Translations under genes and position numbers: made by a program | The notes under the pieces: model-generated | Seen by the model: only the letters and a program-made list of their open reading frames with translations | The model's database searches: none | What the model was told of the DNA's origin: nothing | Shown: positions 11,001 to 25,400 of the stretch, one piece after another | Position numbering within the stretch: the stretch's first letter is position 1 | Layout of the letters: every line of letters begins with the position of its first letter | DNA from: Octopus bimaculoides | Lineage: Eukaryota | DNA: 64,000 nt | Assembly: GCF_001194135.2 (NCBI RefSeq) | Contig: NC_068999.1 | Coordinates: 26,266,957-26,330,956, forward strand | Direction: 5' to 3'

Positions 11001-14000
11001 AAGACCATTCCTCGTTGTATTGGCAGTGGTGTGTGAGGTAGGCACACTAGTGGAGGTTACAGTTGATGACAGCAAAACTGAGGTTGTCACATTTGATGTA
11101 CTAGCTGATGACGATGATGATGATGATGACGATGATGACAATAAAGAAGTGTTGGAACCATTGGCAGCGCTATTATTAGTTGTAGTAGTATTGGCAGTGA
11201 TAGCACTGGATTGTTGCTGTTCGGCCCTCCCAGGAGAAGCTTGATCGTGTCCCCGTGTTCGGTATGGGTAATTTTGCATGGTGGAAGATGATGAAACAGT
11301 TGCAGATCCAGAGGTAGCCATTTCTGAATTTGTATGGTTTTTTGAAGTGGATGGGGTTTCATTATTCAATTCACTTGAATGACTCCTACTTTTTGTACAC
11401 TGTTCTTCTTCTGAACCAGAAACTTCATCATCTCCAGAGTGTCCATTTTTGACATGTCGGCTGCTAGCAGATGAACGCCTTCTTCTTAAGCGTAACTTAC
11501 GCCCTGGTTTTGATTTATTTACAGGTGAAGATTGGTCAGAATTTTGAAGCTGATCCTCAGAGAAACATTCTACACTTTCTACCTCAGTTGAGGTAACCTG
11601 AGATTTAGAGGAGGAATTTGATCGGTATGACTTAGATTTTGATGGGGATTTTGATTGACAAAATATTTTCTCCACAACTTCAAGGGGTGCCTGAGATTCT
11701 GCATCCATTCCTCTTACCCTCCGACTGAATCTCGTAGGGTAATCTGAAGGGAGAGCATTTACCTGGCTATTTATGTTAGAGGAAGTAGCAACTGGCTGAG
11801 TTACAGGAGGAGTATCTGGTCGTTCTGGTTGAAGTGAGAAAATATTAGTAACCTTATTAACTTCACCTAAATAAATAAGAAAAAAAATACACAATGTATT
11901 CATAATGCATGTGTATGTATGTATGTAGACAAATTTCAATTTTAAATATATCTTATTTTGTCTAATGGTCATATTCCACTGTCAAGTTCATTTCATGCAC
12001 AAGATTATAATCTTGTTCATAAAATGAGTTTGATAATGGTTTTGATAATTATCAAAATTATCAATGGGGATTATATAGTAATATCCACAATTTGATTTCT
12101 TTTACCAATATTTCTATAACAGAATAAAAAGAAAGGTCTAACAAAATCATCTTTGACATCACTTGCAACTGAAATTGCAAACTTTATGGGTTAATACTTC
12201 ACTGCAGTTTAATTGGCAGTTCAACATAAGTCCCTGAAATCATTTACAAGTGGGTGCTGAAAAGTTCCTGGCTTTAAGGGTATTGCAAAAGGGTCGGCTG
12301 GAGGCCAAACCTGATGAGTTCTTTTATAGGGCTTAGAAAAGCTGAAGGAATGTGTGTGAATCTGAGAGGGGAATATGTTGAATAAAATCATAATTAACTG
12401 ATCCTCCTGTATTTTCTTTTACCCAAAGCCAGGAACTTTTCCGTACCCCTCATGTATGTGTTGTAGATCATAGATTAAATTCACATTTATATATGTTATT
12501 CTAAATTTCTTCTTGTATAATTTTTCTATGTTAATTTCAAAACTAAAACCAAATATTGAAAATGCTCATCCTTTATAATAGACATCTAATATTCCTATCA
12601 TTCTTCAGAAAAGTTGTTGACAAGCTTTAGGCACTCAATTTGTAAGCTTAAAAAATATATTGTTTATTTATGTTTCTGATATTTAGATTATCTTAGTTTT
12701 AGGATGCCAATATCTAAACTAAATAACCAGACCAACTGACAGAAAAAAAAATTAGTAATGAAACCCAATGAAAGAATATAAAAATACTATAAAAATCAAT
12801 GTGTTGAGAGATAACAATGATCACCATTTTAGTCTCTGATAAAAAAAACAAAAAACAAAGTCAAGCTGTCAGAAGAGATTTGTAACTAGAGAAGGACCAT
12901 TTATGTTAACAAAGAAAACAGAATGCAAAAACTTGAAAAGTCAGTTTACTTTTTGAACCCATTCATTACCAAAACCACCCAGCACCACTGGATCTAACAA
13001 TTTGTATTTAAATCAAATTATTGACATACATCATTACTACCATAGTGATAAAATTTCACAAAGTAAACACATTGCTATGATATGAATTTGATGTTCTTGA
13101 AATCAGTTTGGCCTTTCTTTTTTTTCTCTTATTTATAAGCCTTGTGTAATAGTGACTTTGAATATGAATGATTTTCCAAGTAGAAATGGCTGCAACAAAA
13201 AAATAAAAAAAAGCATAGCATGTGCTGGACTTTGAAATGAATACTTCAATTTTCATAGTTGATAATAGCGATGCTGAATTGATTCCAGAAACTGAATGAA
13301 CTGAAAACTTTAATATATTTCCTCTTTCAAATGATTCAGGATGGTTCAAACAGTCTTATAAAGAGACTCATTGCAAAACCCTTCCAAGGAATAATGACAT
13401 AAGATGAAGAATGCAACTGTTTGGCAACATCTTGCAACAACCAGATCATCAATATGCTATAAAAGTCAAGAGACAGGCATGAACAAGAGAAAGGAAAAGA
13501 TGGGGAGAACTACAGGACAATTCACTTTTCTTTATACAGAGTCAAGTGTTCCACAATAACATTCATTGGGTGTATTTGCTGAACATCACAAAACTCCACA
13601 GGTTTTGGAACACTACAGCTCAATCTTTAGAAACATTTATCTCAAGATGCTATGTGAAGATGGAAAATGACAACACAATATACATTAACATCACCACAAG
13701 TGTCCACATACTAGGCTGCATATTGTTGCTATTTTTATTTCTAACCATAAATTTCATCAATAAAAACGCCATTGATGACAATAAATATGGTATCCAGAGC
13801 AAAGATCAGCACTGGTGGGTCAATGAAAACTTTGGATTCCATCAATAATGCAAGATCGTCAATTGAGACAGTTTACAGGAAATAATTCAGTGCCAAGGAA
13901 AATCAGACCGAGAATGAATGAAGAAATAATGAAGTCAATGGAGGTCAGTCAAGGATCAGTTAACACCCACTCGAATGGTTGAAGAACAGGTTGTCAAAGA

Positions 14001-16389
14001 CACAAGCCAATTTGTGAACCTTGGCAATGTCCTGTGTGACCATGAAAATGCTACAACTAATATCAAATGCAAAATTGGAAAAGTGAGAGAGAGCAGTATT
14101 TCATCGATAACAAAGGAGATCTGCTGTAAGCAGCCTGAGCAGCTTATGTCAGTGCTAGAAGAAAAACGACCATCTATGGTTTCAAGACAAAAAGTGTTCT
14201 TCCATCAGGATAATGCTCGGTCACATACAGCAAGGATGACATTCTAAAGGCTGAAGCAGTGTGAATGGGAAATGAAGCCTCACCCACCATATTCTCTGGA
14301 CATTACCTCATCTGATTATCATTTATTCCGCAATCTTTAAAATCACTTGGACGGAGAAAATATGAATCCTGTAGACACGGTCAGAACAGTACTGGAGGAA
14401 AATTTTTTGTCATAGACAAGTGAATTTTGGAAGAGGGCCCTTGCAAGTCTACCAGATAGATGGAAGAGCATTGTAGAAAATGAAGGAGAGTATATTTTAG
14501 ATTGAAAAAGAACTTTGTCTATCTTAATTTTGAAAAATAAATGAAGTATAAAAAAACCACATTATTTATGGGATGACCCAATATTAGTTAATTCCTATGT
14601 AAGAGAGAGAAATTCATTTCTTTATTTTCTTCAAACATTTTGATATATTGTAGTCAGTAACATGGGCTATTTTAGGTATACATATAACTTGTTTATACAC
14701 TCTAAAGTTTTCTACATTTCATTGATTTTACCAATAATCTGAGTGGTTTTGAGACAAAAATTCAGTTCATGTAAGAAACTTCTGTTGCATTCCAAACACC
14801 ACTTTAATACATTACTTAAGAAAAATTTAATTGTTTTATGAAACCAGTCAAAATTTATCATTAATTTAATTGAAATAGAAATAAAGTAATGAAGGGGTAA
14901 ACAAGAACATTAACACATCAGCTATTATTCAAATCAAACATTGTTTGGTTTAATATCTTTATCACTTTGGCAGAAAGGTTCTATACATATTTATAATAGA
15001 ATGGAAAATGGATATCATGAGATTCACTTTTATTCTAAATGAAGTAGAAGTGTCAACTAGGCTTCAAATGAAAATTGAAACTGCATCACTACTTTATAGT
15101 CAAGCACTTACATTCTGCTCATAGATAAATAATTAGAAAACACTTGCCTCTTCTCTTTCTGGAGTTAACAATATCTTGGCACATTTTAGCAAATTCTGGA
15201 TTAAGTTCAGAATTCACCACAGCATACGCCATATCTTTCAGGGCACAAACTCGGTGACGAATAGCCTTTCCTAGATAAAACATATATGGAATTTCAGTAT
15301 AATATAAAATATATTTTTATCAGAGTGACTGCAGAATAAGAATTTAGTGATGTTTATTTTGTAGTATATGAAATAATTCAGAAGGGTATGCAAACATTTT
15401 AGAATGTAAGAAAAATGAAATTTAACACATTAAATGTTGTTAATTCACTTTACAGCATAGTGATAATTTATATTAGATTTTTTGTATTTTAAATCAACTT
15501 TTAAATGAGAAACATTTAAAAAAAAACACCCAAAATTCTTTGAAAGTAACATCATGCACATAAATTTCTCTAATTATATATCAAAAAAGTGGGGACAGCA
15601 AAGTGCAACATACATCTCAAGTGGGTTTTGTCTGCTATTTTATGACATGCAAGGTTGGTTATTATTTGCATAACAGGGAAAAGTGTACGTATTTGGAGCT
15701 TCATATATTGTATTTATTGGAGGACACTGATAAGGTGAAATGCATGATTGCATAATATTTCTACTACTGTTATGAGAAGGTAACTTCTTTGAAATGCATG
15801 CATCCATGAATCTAGGTGGAGGACACTTGGAACTAAGTTTGTTTATACCTTTTTGTTTACAGGGATAATTTTTCTCCATGGCAAGATGCAATGAATGGCC
15901 TTCTTACAGGTTTGAAGGTCTCAAGCATATTTGAACTGATAAAAACAGTTTGATTTGAGCCCCTGCAACTTAAAGAAACCTAGCTCATCAGGCTCAGTTA
16001 ACCAATTGTTGAGTGTTGCTTTCTTTCGTCCACTCACCTGTAGCCTTTTACTTGCTGGAGCATCACCTTAACAAATTTTTAATTGAATGAATCAACACCA
16101 GTACTTATTTTTGTACAGCTTGTACTTATTCTATTGAACGGCTAAGTTATGAGGGCATAAACACACTAACACTACTTGTTAAGAGGTGGTAGGCGTACAA
16201 ACAGACACAAAAACACACACAGGCGTGTGCAGTGGGCTTCTTTTAGTTTCTGTCAACCAAATCCACTCAAAGGGCTTTGGTCAGCCCGGGGGTACAATAG
16301 AAGACACTTGCCCAAAGTGCCATGCAATGGGACTGAACTTGGAACCATGTGGTGGGGAAGCAAGAGTCTTACCACACAGCCAGGCCTGT

Positions 16390-16442
<53 letters not shown>

Positions 16443-19400
16443 TAAATGGCACATGCCAGTTGTTTTCTCAACAATGTGAAAGGAGCAGCATAGCTCACCA
16501 ACAGTCAGTACATGTAGTTGTCTCAACTGGCATTATTCATTTCTAATATTCTGTGAAAATATGTGGCCATGCAAGCTTTTTTCTTTTATAGATTTCAGTA
16601 TATCATGTCATTCTACATTATGTGTAACTTGGTTTATATGCACTCCAGTTCAGTTGAAAAGGCAATAATAAGCACATTTCTTCTACACTACAATGCTGTT
16701 ATTTATCTTCAATGAATATTAGCTAGTAATTTATTTTATATGGTAATATTCAAACAAACTTCCATCACAGACCTAAGTAAAATCTTTTCTGTTGCAAAGG
16801 CCTAAGCAAAAGTGTTACAATTGTTATAAGAACCCAATCTAAATTCACAATTATTAAAACACATAGTGAATGTGTACTCTTGTTTGTTTTTGTATCTTTG
16901 TTTGTTTGTTTTTTTTGTCATAAGAGGGCATCCAGTTTCAGAAAAGCTACCCAATCCTGCAAACATGGAAAAACAGATGCAACATGATCATGAGAGTGAT
17001 AAAATAGATTCTAAACATTTCAAAATGAGTTAATAAAACCAAATATATTGAAACTCTATAAAACAAAAATCCTTCATAAAAAATTAATTTAAGAATAAAA
17101 ATCTTATCAGAACCCACCTGTACTATCACTGTCTGGATTATATTCCAAAGCATTGCGCCATATTAAGTCAATATCATCCAAAAACTCTTGAGCAGTCGGA
17201 TACATTTCATTGTCAATTTTTTTAAGCATTGAATTCAAATCCATTGGTTCCTTCACAATATCATAATAATCTGGAACCTATAACATTATTTCTAGAAGAA
17301 TTAGCATGTATTGGATATAAAAAGACAAAGACAGCAGTCAAAAAAAAAACAATTTCAAAGTTAATAAATAGAGACATTTCCTGAGTTGATACAACTTGAA
17401 AACTTTCTATTCATATAATATGGTTCTGTTAAACAATGCGTTACATGCTAATATCCATTCTTGTGGTTGATTTAATGCTCACCACATCTACAAAGTTCTA
17501 AAATAAAAAAAATTTCACCACAATGAAGTAGAGAAGCAAAATCCAAAAGAAGACATTCAATAGAAAATAGTTGACTGCAGGAAACATTTTTTTAAACATT
17601 AAATTCGAAATACAAACAAAATGAACTCAAAAATTTTTCAGAAAATATAACAAAACCACTTACATCCTCAATATCAACTGGTCGCATAAAGATAGCAAAT
17701 TTGCGACATTTAGCAAGCTTATTCCATATATCTCTTAAGAAGAGTCTTAGCTCTCTTAGAGTTGCTTCTTCATGGCTTTTAAGTTTTGCCAATTCAGTTT
17801 CTGTTAGTTTGCGAGGAACAGGGGGTGGTGCACGTGGTAATTCTTCTAAGACTCGAGCTGAAATAAATGGACAATTGAATGAAGATAAAATCATGTGAGT
17901 GGATATTTAAAAAAAGAAGAAATAAACAACTCATTCTATGGAAATAGTAAAAGAAACAGTTTGAATTTTAAATTCCATCCCCTCAAAAATGTGACATATT
18001 CTTAATAGTGAATATGAAGGACTAAATCCTTTATATTGTACACAAAGAAGCAAATTTGCAAGATCAGGTATCCACATACAATTATAGAAGATGAATGAGA
18101 AAATAGTGATGACTGATGCACTATTTAGTAACACAAAAATGTTGAACATTTTCAATCAAGCTGTTTTGTTCCAGCAAGAGATTTACAAATGGGTACTCTT
18201 CTTATGCTCAATGAATTGTTAAATAAGAGTCAAAACAAACAAAACTAGGTATTTTCTCTAATTAAAATAAAGCAGTCTCATGTATTAAAATAAGGTGGTC
18301 TTGTCTATTTAAATAAAGTAATATTATTAACTTAAATATGGTGGTATTCTTTATTAAAATTATAAGATGGCTAATTTATCATCTTATTTTTATATACACC
18401 ATAATATAATGCAATATAAAGGGATTTAATATACAGTATGTCTGTATAGTACATTTTATCATGCCTGTATAATCAATATTAGCTACATGCTTAAAATTAA
18501 ATGATTATAAATACATAAATAGTAATGATGTATCAGAAATTAGTGAATCTACAATAAAGTGGAACATACTTCTTTGCCTTTTATTGACTGGTGGTTTGAC
18601 AGCTTGATTCAGCAACAAATCTGAAAAGAATTCTCGCCGTTCTTGTTCTGTTGGATTACTCATATGCATAACCTCAGCTGCTAGATCATCAAACAGTTCT
18701 TTCAACTGAAAAAGAAAGTAATAACCTAGTTTTATATTTTATTGATACACAATAAATATATTTATTTCATGCATATTTCAAAATAGGAAAAGTAACTCAC
18801 ATCATCATCAAGAAAATCATAAGGAACTTCACTGGTGGCTAAAAGTAGGATTGGTAAACAAGGATCTAAATCATCGACCATTGTTAAAAACGTAGCTTTC
18901 AATGTTTCACTCGAAACACTCCACAAATAATTGATGTGTGGAAAATACAATATACTAGGGCTTGTTCTCTTGGCTTCACAGAATATCTGTTAAACAAAAT
19001 CAATAAATAGCATATTAAAAGCAAAACCCAAGAACAAAAGATTATACTTTATAAATTTAAATATTAAGTACAGACAATAAATTATTTCCATATAACAAAA
19101 GGAATTTCAAAAAGGAAAAAATTAGTATTTTACTTGGCAATCTTCAAGGGTTATATTATTATAAAAATACACTTATTTGTACATAAAATATATATGATCA
19201 GAGTGAGATTGTGTATATTAAGTAGACAAATGTGAGGTAACGGAACTGATTATAATTCACTGCTTAATATAATAATATAAATTTATAAGATAGCTTTAGA
19301 TTTTCATAAATTTGTTATAGGAGTAAATGGAAAATAAAATGTTCATACTTAAAATATTTTCAATTGCTAAGATTTAGAATACATGGAGTATAACAGCTCC

Positions 19401-22400
19401 AGAACAAAGGTTAAAAAGTTGTTCACAAAAAGGTTTGTGTGCATGTGAGAAAGTGTATATTTAGAAGAAGTGAATCAAAATTCTTGATGACAAAGTTTCT
19501 CCTAGAAAACTAACTGATACAAAATTTTCTCTTGAGAAAGTAAGTTTCCATAATAAACTGATCACAAGCAATACACCAAAATGACAGATGCTTATCAGAT
19601 AATAATTTATGCAGCGTGTTGTCTATGAGTTATGTTCTGGGGTGCTGGCCCCAGTGGATGCAAATTTTCGAATGGCAACAAATTCTAAGTTACTGAATAA
19701 GCAAAAAATAACTTGCACAAAAGATAGCACAGTTTTGTATTGATACTTATACTCTGCCATGAATGTCCTCCTTTCTCTAGTTCCTTTTGTGTTGATCTAC
19801 GCCACGAGTTCTTAGGCCTACCCCTCTTTCTATATCCATCCGGATTCCACTGTAAAGCACTTTTCGCTACATTTGGTGTGTCCTTTCTAATTGTGCTACC
19901 AATCCGCTTCCACTTTTTCTTAAATATTTGTTCCCTAATCGAAACTTGATTCGTTCTTTGCCATAGCTCCATATTGCTTATGTGTTCGGGCCATCTAATT
20001 TTAAGTATACTATGCAAGCATCTGTTGATGAATGATTGTATTTGCTTATTTGACTTAACTGTTGTTCGCCATGTCTCAGCCCCATACAATAACATAACAC
20101 CCCTTTTACGTCAGTGTTAAAAAATTTTATTTTGTTCTTTATTGAAATTACACTTGTGCTCCATACTTTTTTTAACAGGTGAAAAGCGGTCCTTGCCTTA
20201 CTTATTCTTGTCTTAACATCTTCGTCGGTGCCGCCTGAGAACGTTATCTTACTACCTAAATATACCAGGCAGTATATGCTAAAATTTAAAAATCAGAATA
20301 AGTTCTATAAGAAGAAAATTCTATCAGGACCTTCAAAGAAGAATTGAAAAGTATGTTGGAAGACTGGAGGCATAGAAATGGGGAATGCAGTGGTGTTGGA
20401 AGGATGGAGAAACAATGAGAATAATGGCAAGATGTGGAGGAAGAGATCATAAGATACAGTAACAAAACAAAAGGGCAATAATGAGTTTTTAAATAAAACA
20501 TAAAATAGGTGAGCTGAAAAGGCTCATTAGCTGACTATAAAGGAGAGCATGCATTAATTTCAACTCTTCTTATTAATAACTACATAGTTTCTTTACAGGT
20601 AAACTGATATCTGACTGTTCAAAAAAGACTTCAAAAGTAGCTGGTAGCAACTTCTCTTAAAAATGGGCAAAATTTGGCATTGTGGTTTTATCAAAACTTG
20701 GCAAAAGTGGTCTTATCAAGTACCGGCAGAAAAAGGTTTAGCCCCCAAGAACATTCGTGCTGATATGCTTGCTACATTAGGGGATGACACTCCAGCTTTA
20801 TCAACAGTGCAAAAGTGGGAAGCTAAATTTAAGAGAAGGGAGAGTCTTGAAGATGACACAAGGTCTGGACAATCTGCAATTACCACATGCTGATGGATGA
20901 CAGGCGATTGACCATAAATCAAATAGCAAATGCTGCTAGTATATCCTAGTTGAGAATATTCTGCACAATGAACTAAGCATAACGAAGGTTTCTTCTCAGT
21001 GGGTGCCACATCTGACACCTGATAAAAAGCACAGCAAGCTGATTATATCACAGGAAATTCTGACATTGAGTCAGATCCAGCTGGTTTCCTAACTCAGGAT
21101 GAGTGTTGGCTTCATCACTTTGAGCCAGAGGGACAATCCATGTAGTGGAAACACCCCTCCTCATCTCCTCCAAAGGTCACGGTTGTGTGGTCTGCAGGTG
21201 ATGCCCTGAGTCTTTTGGGATGCAAAAGGCATTGTGTTTATTGACTATGTTCAAAAAGGCCACACCAACAATGGAGACGAGTATGCGAACTTGCTAAAGC
21301 AGCTACGAAAGGCTATCAAGACTAAATACCCAGAAAAATTTATAAAAGGGGTCTTGTTTCATTAGGGCAATGCTCCAGCACACAAGACCTTGGCCTCAAT
21401 GGCTACTGTGCATGGCTTTGAACTAGTTGATCACCCTCTCTGGCCTGACCCCACATGACTATCATCTGTTTCCCAACATGAAAAACCACTTCGCTGAGGA
21501 CGAGTATTGCAGTGATGATGACGTCATATCTGCTGTTGATGACATTTTTGACCAACAGGATGAAAGCTTTTTCACCAATGGGATCCAGGTGCTGCAACAC
21601 CGATGGAAGGAGTTTGTGGACTGCAAGGGGGACTATGTTGAATAATAAACCTCACTTGGTCACATTCCATAACAGTACCTTGGCCAGCCTATGAACTTTT
21701 CAGCCGACACCCATGTGTGTGTGTGAGTGAAAGAGAGAGAGCATACATATACATGCACACACACACGAGTGTACACACAAACCATGAAATATAGGAGAAG
21801 TTTCAGGTGTGGAAGCAAGGACTAGAATAGAAGGGCCTTAGAGTCAACCTAGTCCTAATAAGTAGGAAGGTAGACAAGACACAAACCCCTTCAGGTAGAT
21901 GGCCCTGCTCGATCTGCAGAAAAGGCATAGGTAGAAACTCCATAAGATGTACCCAGTGTAAGCTATGGACACATAAGAGGTGCAGCAATATCAAAGGAAG
22001 GCTAACTAGCAAGATAGTTTTTGTATGTGGCAGATGCTCAAGAGCAATAAACACTGAGAATGTGCGGAAAACAACCTTTGCCACATTCCAGGGAGAAAAA
22101 CNNNNNNNNNNNNNNNNNNNNNNNNNNNNNNNNNNNNNNNNNNNNNNNNNNNNNNNNNNNNNNNNNNNNNNNNNNNNNNNNNNNNNNNNNNNNNNNNNNN
22201 NNNNNNNNNNNNNNNNNNNNNNNNNNNNNNNNNNNNNNNNNNNNNNNNNNNNNNNNNNNNNNNNNNNNNNNNNNNNNNNNNNNNNNNNNNNNNNNNNNNN
22301 NNNNNNNNNNNNNNNNNNNNNNNNNNNNNNNNNNNNNNNNNNNNNNNNNNNNNNNNNNNNNNNNNNNNNNNNNNNNNNNNNNNNNNNNNNNNNNNNNNNN

Positions 22401-25400
22401 NNNNNNNNNNNNNNNNNNNNNNNNNNNNNNNNNNNNNNNNNNNNNNNNNNNNNNNNNNNNNNNNNNNNNNNNNNNNNNNNNNNNNNNNNNNNNNNNNNNN
22501 NNNNNNNNNNNNNNNNNNNNNNNNNNNNNNNNNNNNNNNNNNNNNNNNNNNNNNNNNNNNNNNNNNNNNNNNNNNNNNNNNNNNNNNNNNNNNNNNNNNN
22601 NNNNNNNNNNNNNNNNNNNNNNNNNNNNNNNNNNNNNNNNNNNNNNNNNNNNNNNNNNNNNNNNNNNNNNNNNNNNNNNNNNNNNNNNNNNNNNNNNNNN
22701 NNNNNNNNNNNNNNNNNNNNNNNNNNNNNNNNNNNNNNNNNNNNNNNNNNNNNNNNNNNNNNNNNNNNNNNNNNNNNNNNNNNNNNNNNNNNNNNNNNNN
22801 NNNNNNNNNNNNNNNNNNNNNNNNNNNNNNNNNNNNNNNNNNNNNNNNNNNNNNNNNNNNNNNNNNNNNNNNNNNNNNNNNNNNNNNNNNNNNNNNNNNN
22901 NNNNNNNNNNNNNNNNNNNNNNNNNNNNNNNNNNNNNNNNNNNNNNNNNNNNNNNNNNNNNNNNNNNNNNNNNNNNNNNNNNNNNNNNNNNNNNNNNNNN
23001 NNNNNNNNNNNNNNNNNNNNNNNNNNNNNNNNNNNNNNATTATTATCAGCGTTGGCTTCTAGCACTTGTGCTAGTGGCACGTTGGAAAATCATTCGAGCG
23101 AGGTCATTGCCAGTGCTGCTGGACTGGCTCCTGTGCAGGTGGCACGTAAAAAACACCATTTTGAACGTGGCCGTTGCCAGTACAAGTGACTGGCACGTAA
23201 AAGCACCCACTACACTCCTGGAGTGGTTGGCATTAGGAAGGGCATCCAGCTGTAGAAACTCTGCCAAATGAGATTGGAGCCTGGTGCAGCCTTCTGGCTT
23301 GTCAGTCCTCAGTCAAATCGTCCAACCCATGCCAGCATGGAAAGCGGACGTTAAACGATGATGATGATGATGATTATGATAGAGGATAGGAAAACACGTA
23401 AATGTACACAGTTGAAGAGCCTAACACATAATGGCATATGCCTGCATACACACAGAAAATTATAAAAACACGTTGTAGCGAAACTGTTCTCTCAGTTATC
23501 TTTGGACCCTGTTGTGTCCACCACTCTGATTCATTGGTATTGGCGCACTTTTGTCTCTAGTTCTATTTTGTGCCAGGGTGCATACCAACCAATCGCTGCC
23601 TTTTGATAAGGTCACATGGAACGGTTTTTTGAAACCCCTGCTTGAGCTGATTTTACCTCTTAAGTAGCTTGCTTCGTCTGCACTAAAGTATGTCGCGACT
23701 CTAGACCTTCTGAGGTCTAGTCGCTGACCACAGAGCACCAGCCAGTTCCAGCAACGACATTACTCCACTCCATTGAAGAACCAACAGCCAGTCCTCTGCA
23801 TCGTTACTTCCAGTTTCTTAGCGTCTACACCGACATCTCTAAGTGCACAGCGCTCGCACAGTTTCTCTCAACACTGTATGTGTGAAATGATTCACCATGA
23901 AATAACAGCCAGAACTCAACCTGCGAGAACTCCTGTACCAAGTAACCGGCCACAGCATTGAAGCCTCAACTTCTTACACGTGTCTTACTACGGCTCTGCC
24001 AACTCAATGCCATAACCTCTTGGTACAGGAACTCAACCTATTGTGCACCTTAGTTATGAACTGGTGTTTCACAATGTCCTTATTTATAGACAGTTTACTA
24101 TGCTCTGTATCTCTTGCATTCACATACATATTTGTATACACACACACTCTTTGTTTACATGACTGCCTGTCTTATATTGTGTTATGTCGCATTCACTCAC
24201 AGACATTCTGGTTGACTACCAATAAACCTTACTTTTATACATCTTTACCCGTTGAGTCTCTCTCTTTCCTTGTTGGCACTTAACTCATTCCATCTATTTG
24301 TTTTTTCTTATATTTGTGCCGACCGTGCAACACGCTAAAAGGAGCCATTCCTTCATCACCATCTCCTTGGTCGCACAGTCGTCTACAACATCAAAGCTCC
24401 CAAAAACAAAAAAGAGAGATGATAATAATGGTTAAAGTAGGTGAAGATATTCCAAGGATAAAAATATTCTTTGTAAATGTGTGATAATCTGTTGGGTAAG
24501 GTAACAATACAGGCTGAAAGGTGGTCTAAGACTGACTGTCTAAGACTCATCTATTGTTCCACAGATTTGAAGAGTCTCTGATGCAGGCATCTAACAGTGT
24601 TACAAGGCTTATTTGCAATGCAACAGTTGAGGTTGGTGGATGTACAGTTGAAGTAATAAATAATGTGAAAGAAGATTTTAAAGTTGATTATGAAATGTGG
24701 AAAGGATGGTATCTGGAGTAGGAGCATTTTGAAATTCCTGATTGAATACAGCTAGGAACAAGAGAGTTTTCAATCAATAGTGGCCAACATTTTTCACACT
24801 TTTGAAATGTTTTAGGAAAGTTGGGAGCTGTTTTTGATATCATAATACAGAAATTATGAAGGATAAGGGATAATTATAATAGAAAAACACATGAACGTAA
24901 AGTGATATTGGAAAGAGTGTTGTAGTTCTATTGATAACTTAAGCTTGGCATAATGCATACTTGGCAGTTAAAGAAACTGCTAAAAAATGACAACAAATTT
25001 GAAGTGTATTAAAGGAAAAGAAGACTACTTGAGAGAAGAAAGAGTGAGTATCAAGAAGTATGTTGTCTATAAAAGTAAGAAAGTAACAGCTGTTTAATAT
25101 ATAGCATAACAATAGTTAGATAGCTGCAATATCAGTAATTCAAGTAGATCATCTTAAAAAAAGGAAAAAATGGTAATCAAAGAAACCAAACCAAATTAAG
25201 ATAATTTAATACCATCCTTAACGTCAACATTAATATCACTTAATAAATGCCTTTCATATATACTAACCTGTGTGCAAGATTCTTCAGGTGTCCTGTTACT
25301 AGCAGCATACAGTGATGGTAAATCAATTACATAAACAGGCATTTGCTCTAGGTGTTGCATGATAGCAGGAGCAAGATGGACAGACTGTCCTTGGCCTATT

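Noticed and set aside
10969-11362. Overlapping ORFs with poly-Asp (+) and poly-His (-)
   Set aside because: Antisense and alternate-frame shadows of the poly-Ser repeat in the ATAD2 exon.
16176-16526. ORFs with YIYIYI runs (also near 31909-32381 and 59920-60681)
   Set aside because: Translations of SINEs and (TA)n/(CA)n microsatellites.
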